From the NCBI GenBank assembly GCA_013239625.1, contig MU053881.1:248001-312000 (forward strand): DNA of 64,000 nucleotides. Reading direction: 5' to 3'. How positions within the stretch are numbered: the first letter of the stretch is position 1; every line of letters begins with the position of its first letter. The stretch is from Lama guanicoe. Lineage: Eukaryota. Under the pieces are notes generated by a model that did not search any database, was not told the origin of the DNA, and saw nothing but the letters and a program-made list of their open reading frames with translations. The translations under genes and the position numbers were made by a program. Below, in pieces: positions 35,071-63,630 of the stretch.

Positions 35071-38000
35071 GAGTCTTCTCTTCTGGCTCTTACTTTGTTC
35101 TGGAAGAACAACATCCAGTCTAGATAATGTTTTCCTTCGTCTTCATTTAACCCTCCTTTTTTCCCTCCCTTCAAAAGGATCCTGCAGGGTTAGAAAAGAA
35201 TCCTATTTTGGCATAGTTTTCTCTGAAGAGCTTTGATTCTCCTGAGAATTTTAATTTTCAGTGTGTCAGGACTTTAAATAATTTGTTGACAGATTAAAAT
35301 GTGTTTATTTGCCCCCCGCCCCCGAAATAAATGTTAGAGGCTACACCTCCATTTGTCTATTTAAAATAAAACCTTAATTTTCTGGATAAAGAAAAGTGTC
35401 AGATGAAGCAATTAATAGTGAGTAAACCAATTGTTTTCATGATGCATAAGATAAAACAAAATCACGTTTTTTCTTAACATTATTGATTTGGCAGTGGGGC
35501 AGCTATTTTTAATCTCAGTGTGTAGTTACACTTCACTCCTGGTTAAGAAGGTGACATTTTTACATAATTTTCCTTAAGAATAATTGCATTTGTACTTGGC
35601 CTTTTGTGATTGTATGAGCTAGTTTCACTGTCAGTCTTTATTATCACTGTTTATTATGAGGACTTTCAAACGTATACAGAAGTGAACAGAATAGTATCCA
35701 GCTTCAACAGTTATCAACTCCTGGCCAGCGTCATCCACACACCCTCACCCCCATATTATTTTCAAGCAAATCCTGTCATGTCGTTTCATCCGTAAGTTTT
35801 TCTGTGTATCTCTAAAAAATAAGAATTGCTTTAAACTTGGAAAGCCGCAATTCCTTAGTATCATCAGATAGCCAGCCCGTAGTCAAATCTCCAATTATTT
35901 CATGACTTTTATGGTTTCTTTAATAGTTTCTTTATTGGAACCAGGATCCAGATAAGGTCCATACCTTGTCATCGGTTGCTGTGTCTTTTAAGTTTCCCCC
36001 TTCTATTTCTTTTAAGGGGGGAAAAAAGAATTACCCCCTCTCTTTCTGTTTTTTGTTTTCCCTGTTTTATTTGTTGAAGCAAGAGCATTTCCATTACTGA
36101 GATTTACTGATTGCCTCTTTGCAGTGTAATGTCTTGTGTTTTTCTGTATTTCCTGAAAATTTGTCCTTGGACCTAGACAAGGCTTGATCGGATTCAGGAT
36201 GCCTTCCGGGTGGGGTGCCCTCTTCCTCTAGTGGCAGGTGGGCTGGTTGGCTCACACTGTGATGTGAGGGGCTGCTGGCACTGATTCATTAGGGGGGCGT
36301 GTTACTGGGCGGGGTGGGGAGGTGATTTTGTATGTCTTTTGCCCAGTAAGAACTTTTATTTTTTTTTAAAGAACTATGGATCTTTTTAGATTTTATATCA
36401 GCCTTTGGATTACCAGTTAAAACTTTTTTAACTAGCTCCTCAAATCCTCTTTGGAAAACGTTGGGATGTAAATTAATAGCTATAAAAGTAACGAGGAAGA
36501 GCAGTCCCGTTTTAACATAGGACTTCCTTACAGCCAAGTGTTCACTCAATATTTGAAGGGGAAATTCAACACATTTTATTTTATTCCATTTGACTTTTTT
36601 GTTTTGGGGCCCTATAAAACATTCTACTCCTTTTCCCCCTAGCTAATTTTACCTTAGTATCTTTCTTAACCAAAAACTACATAATCTAAAACATTTCAGG
36701 GATAGTAAAAATAGATTCTAAGGATGTATGAATTACTAATGAGGTAATTCTTTTTTTCCCCCTTGAAAGCAAGACATCAATATTAACTGTCTTTGTGTTA
36801 AATAGGTTCTTGCCTGTTTTGAAGCTGTAATTTGAAGTATTTCTGTAACTGAATTATTTGGCTATTAGGAGAATGAACAGTATGAAAACCACCTGTTAGT
36901 TTGTCTTTCCATGGGCCAGGGTAGCAAGAACTTGGGGGTTTGTTTAAAAAACATTTAATTTTTTTAGACCAATTTGTTTAAAGAACACATCTCCACTGCC
37001 CTTCAGTGAAGCTAGAGAAAGAATAATCGGTGATGATTGCTTTTAAAATAACGCCTTTTCCTTTAAAAAGTATGTATACACATATATTTCTGCAGAACTG
37101 TAAATGATTTAATTTGTTAGACTAAATATTGGATATTGGAACTCATGCTGCTACTGGTTTGATTTTAGCACATGTAGGCATGAGGGTGCCACACCAGATT
37201 ATAAATCCCCCATGTCTGATTCTGGAATCAGATCTGTTTTACCAACTCATAACTCTCAGAAACATAGCTACTGTTAAATGTTGTGAAGCAGATCTCTTCA
37301 AAAACTTTCCTGAAACATCATCTGCCTGCCACACCCTAAAATGAAGAGTAAATTCTGTACGTTGCCTTCTGGCTGTTGTGTTTTTCACTGGGGTGCTCAC
37401 CTCCATCAACCATGCTGTCGGCTTGTGCCCTTGCCAGATTTCAGTTCACATTTTCAGAATGCAAACATTTGTTTTGGATAAGTAGGATGGGTGTGGTCAT
37501 ATCTGTCCTAAGATCAGCTGACACCGAGACCTTGCCCTGCACTGGGCACTGTCCGGCTGTCATCCTGTGAGGTTGTTTCTGAGCTCCTCCCCGTTCTGCA
37601 GATAAGTGTAGCCGCTCGCCAAGGTCACTCACCCAGACAGCGGCAGCCCCACTGCCCTCTGACTCCAGAGGCCTGATCTTACGCGCTGCACCAAGCTGCC
37701 TTACCCCATGTATCTCCCACTTAGTTTTGCCTTCACAGGTGTTTACTGGGCACCCCTGTGTAATTATAGAGAGTTGAGAAATGGATCAGACCCATCTTCT
37801 GCCCGTAAGGGGCTCTTACAGTAGAAGTAGAGACTGACTTGCAATGCAGATGAACATACATTGTGGTGCCAAAAAGATGGGGCGTATTGGGCACAGTTTG
37901 AAGGGAAGGCCCGTGGAGGAGAACTGGGAGGAGAAGCAGGCACTTGGGTTAGATTTTGGAGGGTGAAGTTTGGCCAGGAGAGCAGAAGGGAGGGGGAAGT

Positions 38001-38199
38001 CATTTCAGGCAGATGGAACAGCTCAGGCAGAGACCTGAAGGTGTGCAGGGGCCAGCATCTGCTGCTCCCAGGCGGTCTGGTACTACCCTGGAGTGACTAG
38101 CAGCGCTCCTCTGCTGTTCTGAGGATTTGAATTTTACTCTCAAGGCAGTCAGTCACTGCTGAAGGAATTTCAACACAGAACAGTGTGATCACTGCGTAT

Positions 38200-38760
38200 T
38201 TTCAACAACTCTTTCAATTCCTTATTTTGAAATAATTATGGATTCACAAGAAAGTACAGAAATAGCACAAAGAGGTCCCACACACCCTTCACCCCGCCTC
38301 CCCCAGTGGCTGTATATTTGCATGACTGTAGTGCAGGATCAGAACCAGGCAGTTAGCCCTGCTGCGATGTTTGTGCAGTTCTGTGTCATTTTATCACACG
38401 TGGAGGTCCATATAACCACCACCATCGCCACCAAGATGCAGACCGGTTTCATCATCCCAAAGACCTCCTTGTACCACCCCCTGTAGCCACACCACCTGCC
38501 TTGCCCCTCCGCACCATTCATCACCCCTGGCAACCACTTTGACCTTCGGAAATTGGCTTTTATCACTAAAATTTCACAATACCCTCAAGACCTTCCTAAG
38601 TGACTGTGTGTATCAGCAGTTCCATCACTTTTATCGCTGGGTGGTATGAACGTGCAGCAGTTTGTCTAACCTTTCACCACTGGAGAACACCTGGAGTGTC
38701 TCCAGCTTTGAGCTGACAGATGTAGCTTCTCTGAGCATTCATGTGCGGGTTTGCACGTGC
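38200..38760 (-). mobile_element. old L1M 3' end, antisense
   Basis: ttattttgaaataattatggattcacaagaaag...cccctggcaaccact. Confidence 0.6.
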
Positions 38761-39315
38761 ATGTGTCTCTCTTTCTCATTTGGCGCGTGTGCAGTGGTTT
38801 GGAGGTATCAGGAATGGAGGCTAGGAGAACACTCAGCTGCTGGTGTGTCCAAGGAGCCGTGAGAAGGCCTTTACTCAGAACACTGGGCATTGGGGCTGGA
38901 CACGGGGAGACCTGACAGCCCCAGGCGACTGCAAGGGGCCGATGGGAGGAATCCTTGCTGGATCTTCAGGAGCCAGCTGCGGGCCATGCGATAACCAAAT
39001 ACTAGTTATTCTGTGTCATGGTACGTACTGAAGCTTAAGAACCCATGTTGTGAAGGATGACCCTGAGATGCTGTGAGATTCTTGGTTATCCAAGAAAGAC
39101 TAAATTGTTGTGCTAGGCTATTTTCAATAGAAATTAAAGTAGGAAAAAAGAAGAAGAATTTGATTAAAGCTTTCAGTAGCAGGCATTGAAACAAAGAGGG
39201 TGATTGTGAAAATCTGCTTTTAAACATAGCAATCAGTTAATTTAAAGATTGCATGCCTGGAGTATTCTGAAGCACTACTGTCCTTAAATGTTTGAGCAGA
39301 CAGATGACTAAATCT

Positions 39316-39575
39316 TTTTGTTTTTTATTGAGGTATAGTCTGTTTACAACGTGTCAGTTTCTGCTGTGCAGCACAATTCTTCAGTCATACATGAACATAC
39401 ATATATTCATTTTCATACTCTTTTTCACCATAAGCTACTACAAGATATTGAATATAATTCCCTGTGCTATAAAATATAAACTTGTTTATCTATTTTATAT
39501 GTATTAGTCAGTATCTGCAAATCTCTAACTCCCAGTTTATCCCTTCCCACCCTCCTCCCCCCTGGTAACTGTAAG
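39316..39575 (-). mobile_element. young 5'-truncated L1 3' end
   Basis: ttttattgaggtatagtctgtttacaacgtgtcagtttctg...ttccctgtgctata...cccttcccaccctcctccccc. Confidence 0.8.
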
Positions 39576-40356
39576 AGAAACAATTTTTAAAGCATTTCTT
39601 ACTCTGTGCTCTAAGCAGGTAAGAATGTTCCTCCTGCCCAGTGTTTATTTAGAGAGTGGGTAGATGTTACTCCAGTATCCTAGAGAGGATTCTGCAGGAG
39701 TCCCTAGTCTTGACGAAACAGAGATTTTTGATTAGAGCATTTCATTTAACAAGTGTTCATCAAAGCAGCACGGTAAGTTGTGGGGGCGGTGTGTGTGGAC
39801 ATGAGCCAGATGCCTTCAGCAAAGGCTCGGCCAGTGCCTAACCTCGAGGTGTCCACTCACCACCCTCAGGTCTGCAGGAGCAGAGTGTGTCCTCTTAGAG
39901 GCTTTCTCAGTGAATCACTGGTGAACGTCGACATTCCCTTCAGTTTATTGAACAGTGTCGTATGAGAGGGAAGACAGGCCCGCCCTACTTTAGAGGAGCC
40001 TCCAGCCCGAGGGAGGGAGGCAGAGGCAGCCCTGCAGAAGCCGAGTGACAGTGCAGCCTGGTGGGCCCTGCGCAGCGCAGAGGCAGCGTTGGGGGGGTGC
40101 TGGTCCCACGCTGGGAGCCAGGGTGAGGAGCCAGCACTGGCTGGGGAGGAGGGTTACAGCAGCGACTGCCCTTCAGTATGTTGGTAGTGTGACTGCATGA
40201 AGAAATCTTAACACTTCTCGATTCGTAAACCGTCTTCTGAAACTCAGTTGAGGTCCATCTTGTTGAAATACAATCTCAAGAGAGTAGATTTCATTAAGAG
40301 CGAAATTACATGCTTTCTTGGGTGGCCTTGAGGTTCTTTCTCTTGATCTCATGAAG

Positions 40357-40626
40357 CCCCAAGCTCGACAGAGGAGGTGGCTTTGACCCCAAGCCCGACA
40401 GAGGAGGTGGCTTTGACCCCAAGCTCGACAGAGGAGGTGGTTTTGACCCCAAGCCCGACAGAGGAGGTGGCTTTGACCCAAAGCCCGACAGAGGAGGTGG
40501 CTTTGACCCCAGGCTCGACAGAGGAGGTGGCTTTGACCCCAGGCTCGACAGAGGAGGTGGCTTTGACCCCAAGCTCCACAGAGGAGGTGGCTTTGACCCC
40601 AAGCTCCACAGAGGAGGTGGCTTGGA
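40357..40626. repeat. 30-bp minisatellite, 9 copies (consensus CCCCAAGCTCGACAGAGGAGGTGGCTTTGA)
   Basis: exact 30-nt period over 270 bp, 0-2 substitutions per unit, no indels. Confidence 0.98.
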
Positions 40627-40774
40627 CAGGTTCTCTCTTAGGTGATGTTTTTCTGCCTAGCAAGGGCAACTTATTTTAATTTTAAAATTATTTTAAATCT
40701 TGAAGTGAAATTATATTAATTCTTGACCTAATGCTATCATCTATGCCTCAAATGCACAAAAGCTAACCTAGCCC

Positions 40775-41235
40775 TGTACTGGTCAGGGTGTTGGTTACAG
40801 CAGCCATAGCAGAGAGGGCTCCAGAGTTGCTCCACAAGGTTGAGATTAATTTGTGCCAATCTCAGTGTGGGCAGGCAGGCCAGAATGGGGGGCAGCTCTG
40901 TGCCACAAGGTCATTCACAACTCTGGCTGGTGAGTGACTCTGCCATCTTCAGCATGTGACTTGCATCTCTGGGTTTATGACCACTGATCCCCGAGCCAGC
41001 AGCAGGGAGAAAGACAGATGGGAAAGCAAGCAGCTTCCTGTTAAAAAAATATCTGGAAGTAGCATCCATCACTTCTGCTCACATCCCATCAGCCAGCAGT
41101 CGGTCACCTGGCCACACCTGAATGTCGGGAAAGCGGCCAGACGTCGTCTCTTGTTGGGCAGCCTCATGTCCAGCTGGAACAGGATGGCTGCTGCTCCTGA
41201 AAGGAAGGGAGGAGTGGATCCTGGAGCAGCCCTGC
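40775..41235 (-). mobile_element. MLT1-type MaLR LTR (old)
   Basis: tgccatcttcagcatgtgactt...cacttctgctcacatcccat...gtcacctggccacacctga. Confidence 0.6.
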
Positions 41236-43950
41236 AGCCTGGGCCCGTCATGCTGTCCTTGGCCACTTCAGGCTTCACCTGCCTGCAGCCGAGCTCCCCA
41301 GCTCTGCAGCTAACTCCTGTTCGCCTCTGGCTTTCCCCCACATTTCTCCTCGTCTTCTGCAGGCAAGTCCCATCCATGCTTCCTCCAAGCCATGCATTTC
41401 CTTCTTTTCCCCACCTGCCACTTCGGTCAGGTCTCCTTGTCTTGAGTCCAACCCGCTCAAATCCATCCTGTCCTCAGCTTCCCGAGTGACCCCTGCGAAA
41501 AGCAAGCCCGAGCCTCTCGTGCCTTGACGCCTCCACAGCCCTCAGGCCCAGGCCCCGATGGCTCCAAGTGGCTTCCAGGGCCAGTGCTGATCTGGTCATG
41601 TTTTCTCTGTCCAGTTTTTTAGCCCACTCCCCAACAACGCTGAATCTCAAATGACCTGTCACCCTCAGAAGGCCCCTCCAACTCTCTGCACACGCTGCTT
41701 CTCTTTCCCGTGTCCCAGCCTCCATCCTTCTGGGGGTGGGGGGGGGGCTGTGCTTACATCAGGGTCTCTCCTTGAGTGTACCCCCAGTGTGTGCTCTCTG
41801 TAAGCTCAGAACCTAGAGAGCAGGCAACTGCTGTCTGTTCTGACAAGGGAACTCGTCCACAGTGGTGCTCAAGAAATGCCTTATGAATGGCCAGCACTGC
41901 TGGTACATCACAACATGGCAAAGAAGGTGCCGGTTGTGGTGGCTCCCTGCCTCACACCGAGTCTGTCTCTGATCCTTTGCACTTGAGCTCCACTGGTCGA
42001 GCGGAGCAGTTCACCATGCCTGAGCACAGTCAGCCTGAGCTCTGTGCCTCTGTTCTCCGTCTCTGGCAAAACCGTCCTGGGCAAAGTCCCCCTCCTCCAT
42101 GAAGCTCTCCTTGTCTTCTGCACCCCTGCTGGTGGGTGGAACCTCCTCTGCCTTTTGCCTTTGTTTACGTCTTGCTTATGGCCTCACCTCTTTGTGACTT
42201 ACAGCGTAGGTAACAGACTCATTCCTCACAGTTTCCTCCCAAATAGTGAATGAGGTGCTACTTCAAGACAACTTCCTGGCTGGTCTTGCTATGCCTGCTA
42301 AATTAATCACTTCCTTGTACAAAGGTGCCCCATAAATGTTGAGTTGAATTGTCTCAGCCTCTTAAAAACTATAAATTAATCTTTAGAAAAGAATATTCAT
42401 TCAGATGTCAGTAAAATGGAGTGGCATCGTGAGGAAATATTAGATACCATATTATGGGTCAAATCAGCAGAGGTTTACTGAACGTTCACTCTGTCCCAGG
42501 GGCCAGGCCCCCCCGTCCTCCTGTCCTAGGAGTACGAGATGCCACAGTGAGCAAGACAGACCTGCCCTCACCCCCCTAAAGCTTAGGGTCCACTTCACAC
42601 AGCAGCATGGCTTGGCCAGCACACTAAGCCTGGGGTCACTCCAGTGTAGCTCGGGGCTGATGCTCCCACCGTGGGTCGTCGTGAGTCACGTGTTAAATCC
42701 CTGGCCAGTGCGTAATGGCTTCCAGTCGCAATGATCCTAAAAGCGGTGCCTTAGCCACTGTCCTGAGAATGGTACAAAAGCATGAAGCAAAGGTCAGTTG
42801 GAGAAAGTATTCATTTGATTTAAATTCTTCGCTCAGGTTCTTATTATTCAGTTTGTTTCTGTGTTTTATGGAAGTCCTGGACATCATCATGTTGAAATAC
42901 ATATCATCACTCCAGAAAACTCATCGGGTGGGCAGTAAGTTTTAGGTGGTAGAGCAAGCAGGCAGGAGTTTTCTGGAGCTGCAGAATAAAATTCAAATTC
43001 TGTGTTTTTAAACCATATAGAATCTTTACCTATCTGATTTTATTCTTGGCTTTTTCATTAAAAAAAAGATGACCAAAATAAAGAGCTTGCTAACTTTGCA
43101 ATAAGCATTGTCATACAAGAGCCAGGGAGCCAAGGAGAGGTAGCTGCCTGTGTGGGAATCTCAGCCTCTGTCTGAAGCACAGAAAGGCTGCTCTGGGGCT
43201 GCCAGTTAATACTCAGGCCTCGTGACTGACATCGTAGTGCCCGTGTCATTGACTGTCGGTTGTGACAGTTCTCTGTCTATGGCTGTCCGTGCTGAAGCCC
43301 ACTAGTGATGTGAGGAGTGGGCGGCGTGGGCTGGCTCCTCCTGGGCGGGACCACCTCGCACGGCAGGAACACTCTCGTGGGCGTGCACTGCACACACGGG
43401 TGTCACCTGGCCTCCAACAGCCTGTTCTTTAACTTCCCACTTTTACAGTCGCTTTAGCCTCAGACTTGCTTCCTGGTTCATCACTTTAACCTGAATCTGT
43501 GGACTTAGCAGAAGACTGGCCCATTTGTGCTTCTGCGGGAACTGTAGGCATGTTCCTTTTGCAGCATGCCCAGAGTGCCTACGTCTCGGGTTGAGACAGC
43601 TCGGCATAGTCTGGTCTCACAGGAAGCAAGCTAATGAGAATCACGTGTTGGCATGGCCTTGCCACAGCTGGTCAAAGTGTGCACAGTCTTCTCTCCAGAG
43701 GTTACTTCCTCATCCAGTTCCTTAAAATGTGATCATGCAGGGCCTCCAGGTGCCTTCCTTTCGTGGTAGTCTCGTACCATTAAAATGTCTTTGCATTTTT
43801 TGTGTGTGTCGCTGAAGTTCAGAACTTGGTCTGAGTATATCAACTTACAGCCACGTTGTCTTACATCCTGATCAATTTGAAACGCCGTTAAGTGAGCCGT
43901 GCATGTGTAATTTCAGTAAGAATGCGTGTTCATCCTGTTTTTCTTTCAAG

Positions 43951-58958
<15,008 letters not shown>

Positions 58959-59881
58959 TAATATTTTTTTAAAATGTGTCAGTGTTGAAAATCCAAATAA
59001 AATATGGATATCTTGTTACCTTTCCAAATGCTGTTGAGGTGAGAAGACATTTGTGGAACACTTGGTTTGCCCGGGCTGCTGTGAGCAGCCCTGGATGCAG
59101 GCGTGAGCCAGCTGCTCAGCCTAGGACTGCAGAAAAGTACTTCTTGGGTTTGTTTTTTTTTTAAGGTTTTCTTTTGAAGTAACGTAAAACTTAGAGAAAA
59201 AATTTCAAGAATAGGGCAAAGAACTTCCAAATACTGTTTATCCAGATTCACATGCTGTTAATAGTTCTGCCATATTTGAAACCCATTTTTAATCAGCAAG
59301 GAATTTGAATTTGCAATGGGGAAAAGTTAGAGACCAAGTAGTACATGATACAGTTGCTTGAGAAATCTTACATGAATTACCATAAGGCCCAAATATCCAT
59401 TCCTTATAGTCCAGCAGCCCAGCCATACTGCTGGGAGCTTTCGGAGAGGGTCCAGGCAAACCTCCTTCTTGGCTAGGCCAGGGCTGGAATTTGAATGATG
59501 GTGTTGCCTGTGCTGTCGGAGAGTATATTTAAAAACCAGAGAGAGAAATTCTCTAAGCTGGTTTTATGGGTTTTTGTTATTTTTTGACTTGTGCTGCTGT
59601 GGGAGCAGAACATCACGATAATTTTTTTTTTTAACAAGTAGAATGTTAAATGAGGCTAGAGGCAGAGATAATACAGTTTTTTTGGAAACCTTCTTAGCAT
59701 TCTTTAAACTATTACTATACTAATTTTGTTGACAGATCATCTTTTGATATTATTATGTTTCAACAGCAAGAAGTCGTGTTTTCCCTGAACTAAAGTCTGT
59801 GTGGGGAAGAAGATAGTGGGACAAGAACAGTGAAGCCTGTTCATACAAAAAAGAACAGAGAGATTATTGACGGTGAAGTAG

Positions 59882-60512
59882 TGTTGCCGGTGGACGTAAC
59901 CGGCGTTCCAGGTTCTTGTCCCGTCCCAGAAAGAATTCAGAGACAAGACATAGTGGAAAACTGAAGTGAGAATTTATTAAAGGGTGGACAGTACACTGTC
60001 AAGGGGAGAGCGGGCAGGCTTAGTGGAGCCGCTGCCCCAAGTTTCTCTGGCAAGTTGGTTACACAGGGTGTAAAAATGAATGGCAGAATATTCACTAGGG
60101 AGGGAAGGGTCTGGGGTCATCTGCCCTGATTTTCAGCCCACCTCCATCTTCCCAAAGGGAGGAGGGATTTTGTCTTTATTTAGTCTGGATAGGAAGTGTC
60201 ATGGCGTCGGTGCATGGTGGGTACTTCTGATCTACAAGGCTAATTTTTTTGAAATGAGGCATAATGAGCAAACGGTTACATTTGGACACTGGAGATTCCT
60301 GCCTTTTCCCACCTTTCTTTGTTGGCCTCCAGGTGTGACCACTTATCAGCCCAAAGGTTCCTGCTTTTCTTTCTCTGCCCAGGGACCCCTGGTGCTCACA
60401 TGATGTGTGGCTTCCTGCATTTGGCCTGTGGCCCTCCTTCCTGCCCAGTTCCCGCCATTTGGTCTGTGTCCCCCTTTCTCTGCTCATATCTGGCTCTCTG
60501 CCTGCTCTCACA
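59882..60512 (-). mobile_element. ERV1-class solo LTR (631 bp)
   Basis: TG...CA termini flanked by a 4-bp TSD GTAG (59878-81 and 60513-16). Minus-strand AATAAA at 59973-78. The end tgttgccggtgg..ccaggttcttg..aaagaatt resembles MER4-group LTRs. Confidence 0.8.
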
Positions 60513-63115
60513 GTAGTAGGAGTTCTTTTGGATCTGGTGGGTGCCAGGAAAGGTTGATTCCACCACAGCCACTGAACAGAGGCCGAACATGGCTACAGAG
60601 CCCAGCAACCCAGAGACGCTGAACCCTTGCTCCTCGTTGTGAGCCTGAGGCCTGAGTGAGGTCTGTGGCCTGAGGCCAGCCCTGGCCCTCCCGGTGCCTG
60701 CTGGGGGCCTGGCACAGTTTCCCTGACCTTGGCCACTTAAAATACAGCCTTTGCTGCCGCCAAGTGTTCAGTTTAAATAATACATTCTGTTTGATGAATA
60801 TGCTTGAAAAACAGTAACACTGGTCTTTTCAATTAAAAATAAAGATTTCCCAGCATAACATTCTGTTTCTCTTCCTAAAATATTCGCAGACCTTTATGTG
60901 CACTAAGGCACTCAGTATCTCTTAAACGTATTTTGTGTTACCAGCCGTGCTTTAGAGTAAGTTCCCAGATTACTAGGCTTCATTATGGCGGGCCTTATTA
61001 ATTTTGTAAAAGGAAATGGTTTGTCTTGCTTGTTTCTCCTCTCTTGGGCCCACAGATACGAGGGGAAGCAGTGTCCACCCATTCCAGGGGGCCTTGTAAG
61101 AGCTGCAGCTCACCTGTGCCTGTGTTAGGGGACGTCAGGTCCCTGCAGCTTGGGCCCACACCTGCGGACCAGAAGGTCACATAGGGTCCAGAGAAGTTTG
61201 TGGCTTGCCCGGCATGGTTCCGCCAAGCACCTCTCCATCCCGTTTACCTCCCTACTGGGTCTCCCTCTGCTTGTCTTGTGCCTTCCTGTTCACACATTTG
61301 TGGGCCTTCCAGGTTTGTGTTTGCTGTGACAGTACCACATAGCTCATTGTGGGAAAGGTAGGTAAGACCCCTGTTTGCCCACCCACCACCCCTCCAGGCC
61401 CCAAGAGGTGACGAGCTGCAGCTAGCCTTCAGCATGTTAATGGTGTTCTGTGAACTTTTCCTTCCTTTCTCCCACGTGCTGTACCGCAGGCATAGAGACA
61501 CACGTTCAGTGATGCTTATGACTAAGATGGTTTCACACTAAACATAACATTTAATTACTTGGAAAATAAAAACGTGTAATCCCACCACTTTTATCTTGTA
61601 TTATTCAGAAACATTAAATGGATTGAAGTCCCCCAGCCCTGCATTTGTCCCCTGGAGGAGGCCAGGGGTAGCAGCTGGGTGTGTTTCCTTCCAAAGTGGA
61701 TCCTAACACGCCTTCTTACTGATGCTAATACCAGCATATCTGTTTGTACCTATGTCCTATTTAACTTAGATTTTTCAAAATAGGATTATCTGGTACATAA
61801 TTGTTCTTCAACTTGCTGAATGACGTGTTGGTTTGTCTTTTATTTTTATCAAGGGTCAAATAATTCCACAAAAACTTACTTAGAAAGAGGCCCCACCTCC
61901 TCCCTCTAATTTCTTTCTCCCCAGAAGCAAACTACTTACGTCCTTTTAGCTGTGATTTAGGTGCTGCTCTCCGCAGTCTTGACAGCGCATGCTCAGAGCC
62001 CTGTTTGGTAATCTTCAGTGGGGGCATGCGGTGCCGATCTGGCTCTTTCTCTCCAGTCACGGCCCTCCCCCCCACCTTTCCTGTCTCCCTGCCCCCCGCA
62101 CAGGCACAGCACGGCCGGGCGTGGGTCGGCCCCGTATTGTGCTCTGCGCCGTCCTGACCTGTCAGCGGCTTTCACGGCCGAGCCTGTGCTTATGCCATGA
62201 TTGCATTTCTTCCCCTCTCACCTTCTTGTCCCGAGAGCTAACAGCGTTTGTCTCTTATTTATTAGAGTTTTGGCCTTTGCTGTTTGTTTGGTTTGGTTTG
62301 GTTTTTTAAGGAGGGAGTGGCTTTGCAGGTCCTTATTGGTAATTTACCCTCCGCTTTCTGCCTGGCGTCTAAGTCGTCTCTCACTGCATCCAGGTGCTGT
62401 AGCTATTTCGTCAGTTTGAGCGTCTCCTGGAGCTGCGGTCCTGCTCACACCTGGGTTGGCTGCGCCCAGACCTGATGCACGGGCCTCATCCTGGCCCTCG
62501 CCCCAGCATGCTCCTGGGGATTTCCTCCACCTTTCTCTGACGTTGGGGGTCCTTGCTTCCTGACCCCTTTCTCTCGGATTACTGCTTTGTTTCGGTGGGA
62601 CACATCCTCCAGTAGCTTCCCCAGAAGTGGTGCCTGGGAGGTAAACTTTTCGAGAACTCGGATACCTGAAACTCTCTGTTTTGCTCTATCCCATGAGCAG
62701 TGCTTTGGTTGGATATAAAGTTCTTAGTTACAGAGCAGTTGCCCTCGGAGGTGTAAATACAGTGCCCTGCTGTAGTGCAGTGTAGTGTGGCTTTTGGACT
62801 TTATGATGTCATTGTTGTTACTAATCCTTTGCAAGTGCCCTGGTTTGGGTTTTGCTTTATCTCTAGAAACATTTTTTAAAGTTTCTTTGTTTCTTATATT
62901 CTGAAATGTGGTGATATGCCTTGAGATGGAATTTTTTCACTAATGTGGTAGGCACTTGGGGGGTACTCCGGTCTGGAAGGGTATGCCATAGAGTTCTGGG
63001 AAATTTGTGTTATTTCTTTCAGAATGCCTTCTTTACATGTTCTTTATTCTGCCCTTTTCTGAAGTACCAGTTAATTGGAACTCTTTTTCATCTTTAAAAG
63101 TTCCTTTTTGTAGCA

Positions 63116-63630
63116 TTTTTTTTTCAATTGAAGTGTAATTGATTTGCAATACTGCATTAGTTTCGGGCGTGCAGCACAGTGAGCAAGCATCTTTGCAGAT
63201 TGTGCTCCATTATAGGTTGTCGCAAAATAATGGGTGTAATTCCCTTAGCTGTGTGGTAACTCCCTGTGTCCTATCTGTCTTATATATAATAGTTTGTATC
63301 TGTTAATGCCATACCCCTAATTTTCCCTCCTCTTCCCTCCCCTCTTTGTTAACCACGTTTGTTTTCTGTATCTGTGAGTCTGTTTTGTATATACTTTCAT
63401 GGGTATTATTTTTTAGGTTCCAAGTGATATCATTTAGTATTTGTCTTTCTCTGACTTATCTCACTAAGCATAATATTCTCTAGGTCCATCTACGTTGCTG
63501 CAGATGGCAGTATTTCATTATTTTTCTGGCTGAATAATATTCCCTTGTGTCTATATATACCCCACATCTTAATCCCGTTGTCTGTTGACGGGCACTTGGG
63601 TTCCTTCCATGTCTTGGCTGTTGTAAACAG
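63116..63630 (-). mobile_element. 5'-truncated L1 3' end (relatively young)
   Basis: ttttcaattgaagtgtaattgatttgcaatac...tctaggtccatc...gggcacttgggttccttccatgtcttggctgttgtaaac; possible TSD agcatttt. Confidence 0.8.

Noticed and set aside
40357..40626. CRISPR-like array
   Set aside because: The units are head-to-tail with no unique spacers, the context is a mammalian intron, and there are no cas genes.
40173..40679. Repetitive mucin- or extensin-like ORFs (EEVALTPSST, GSKPPPLSSL)
   Set aside because: These are artefacts of a 30-bp unit that is a multiple of 3. They are open in several frames and have no convincing splice sites.
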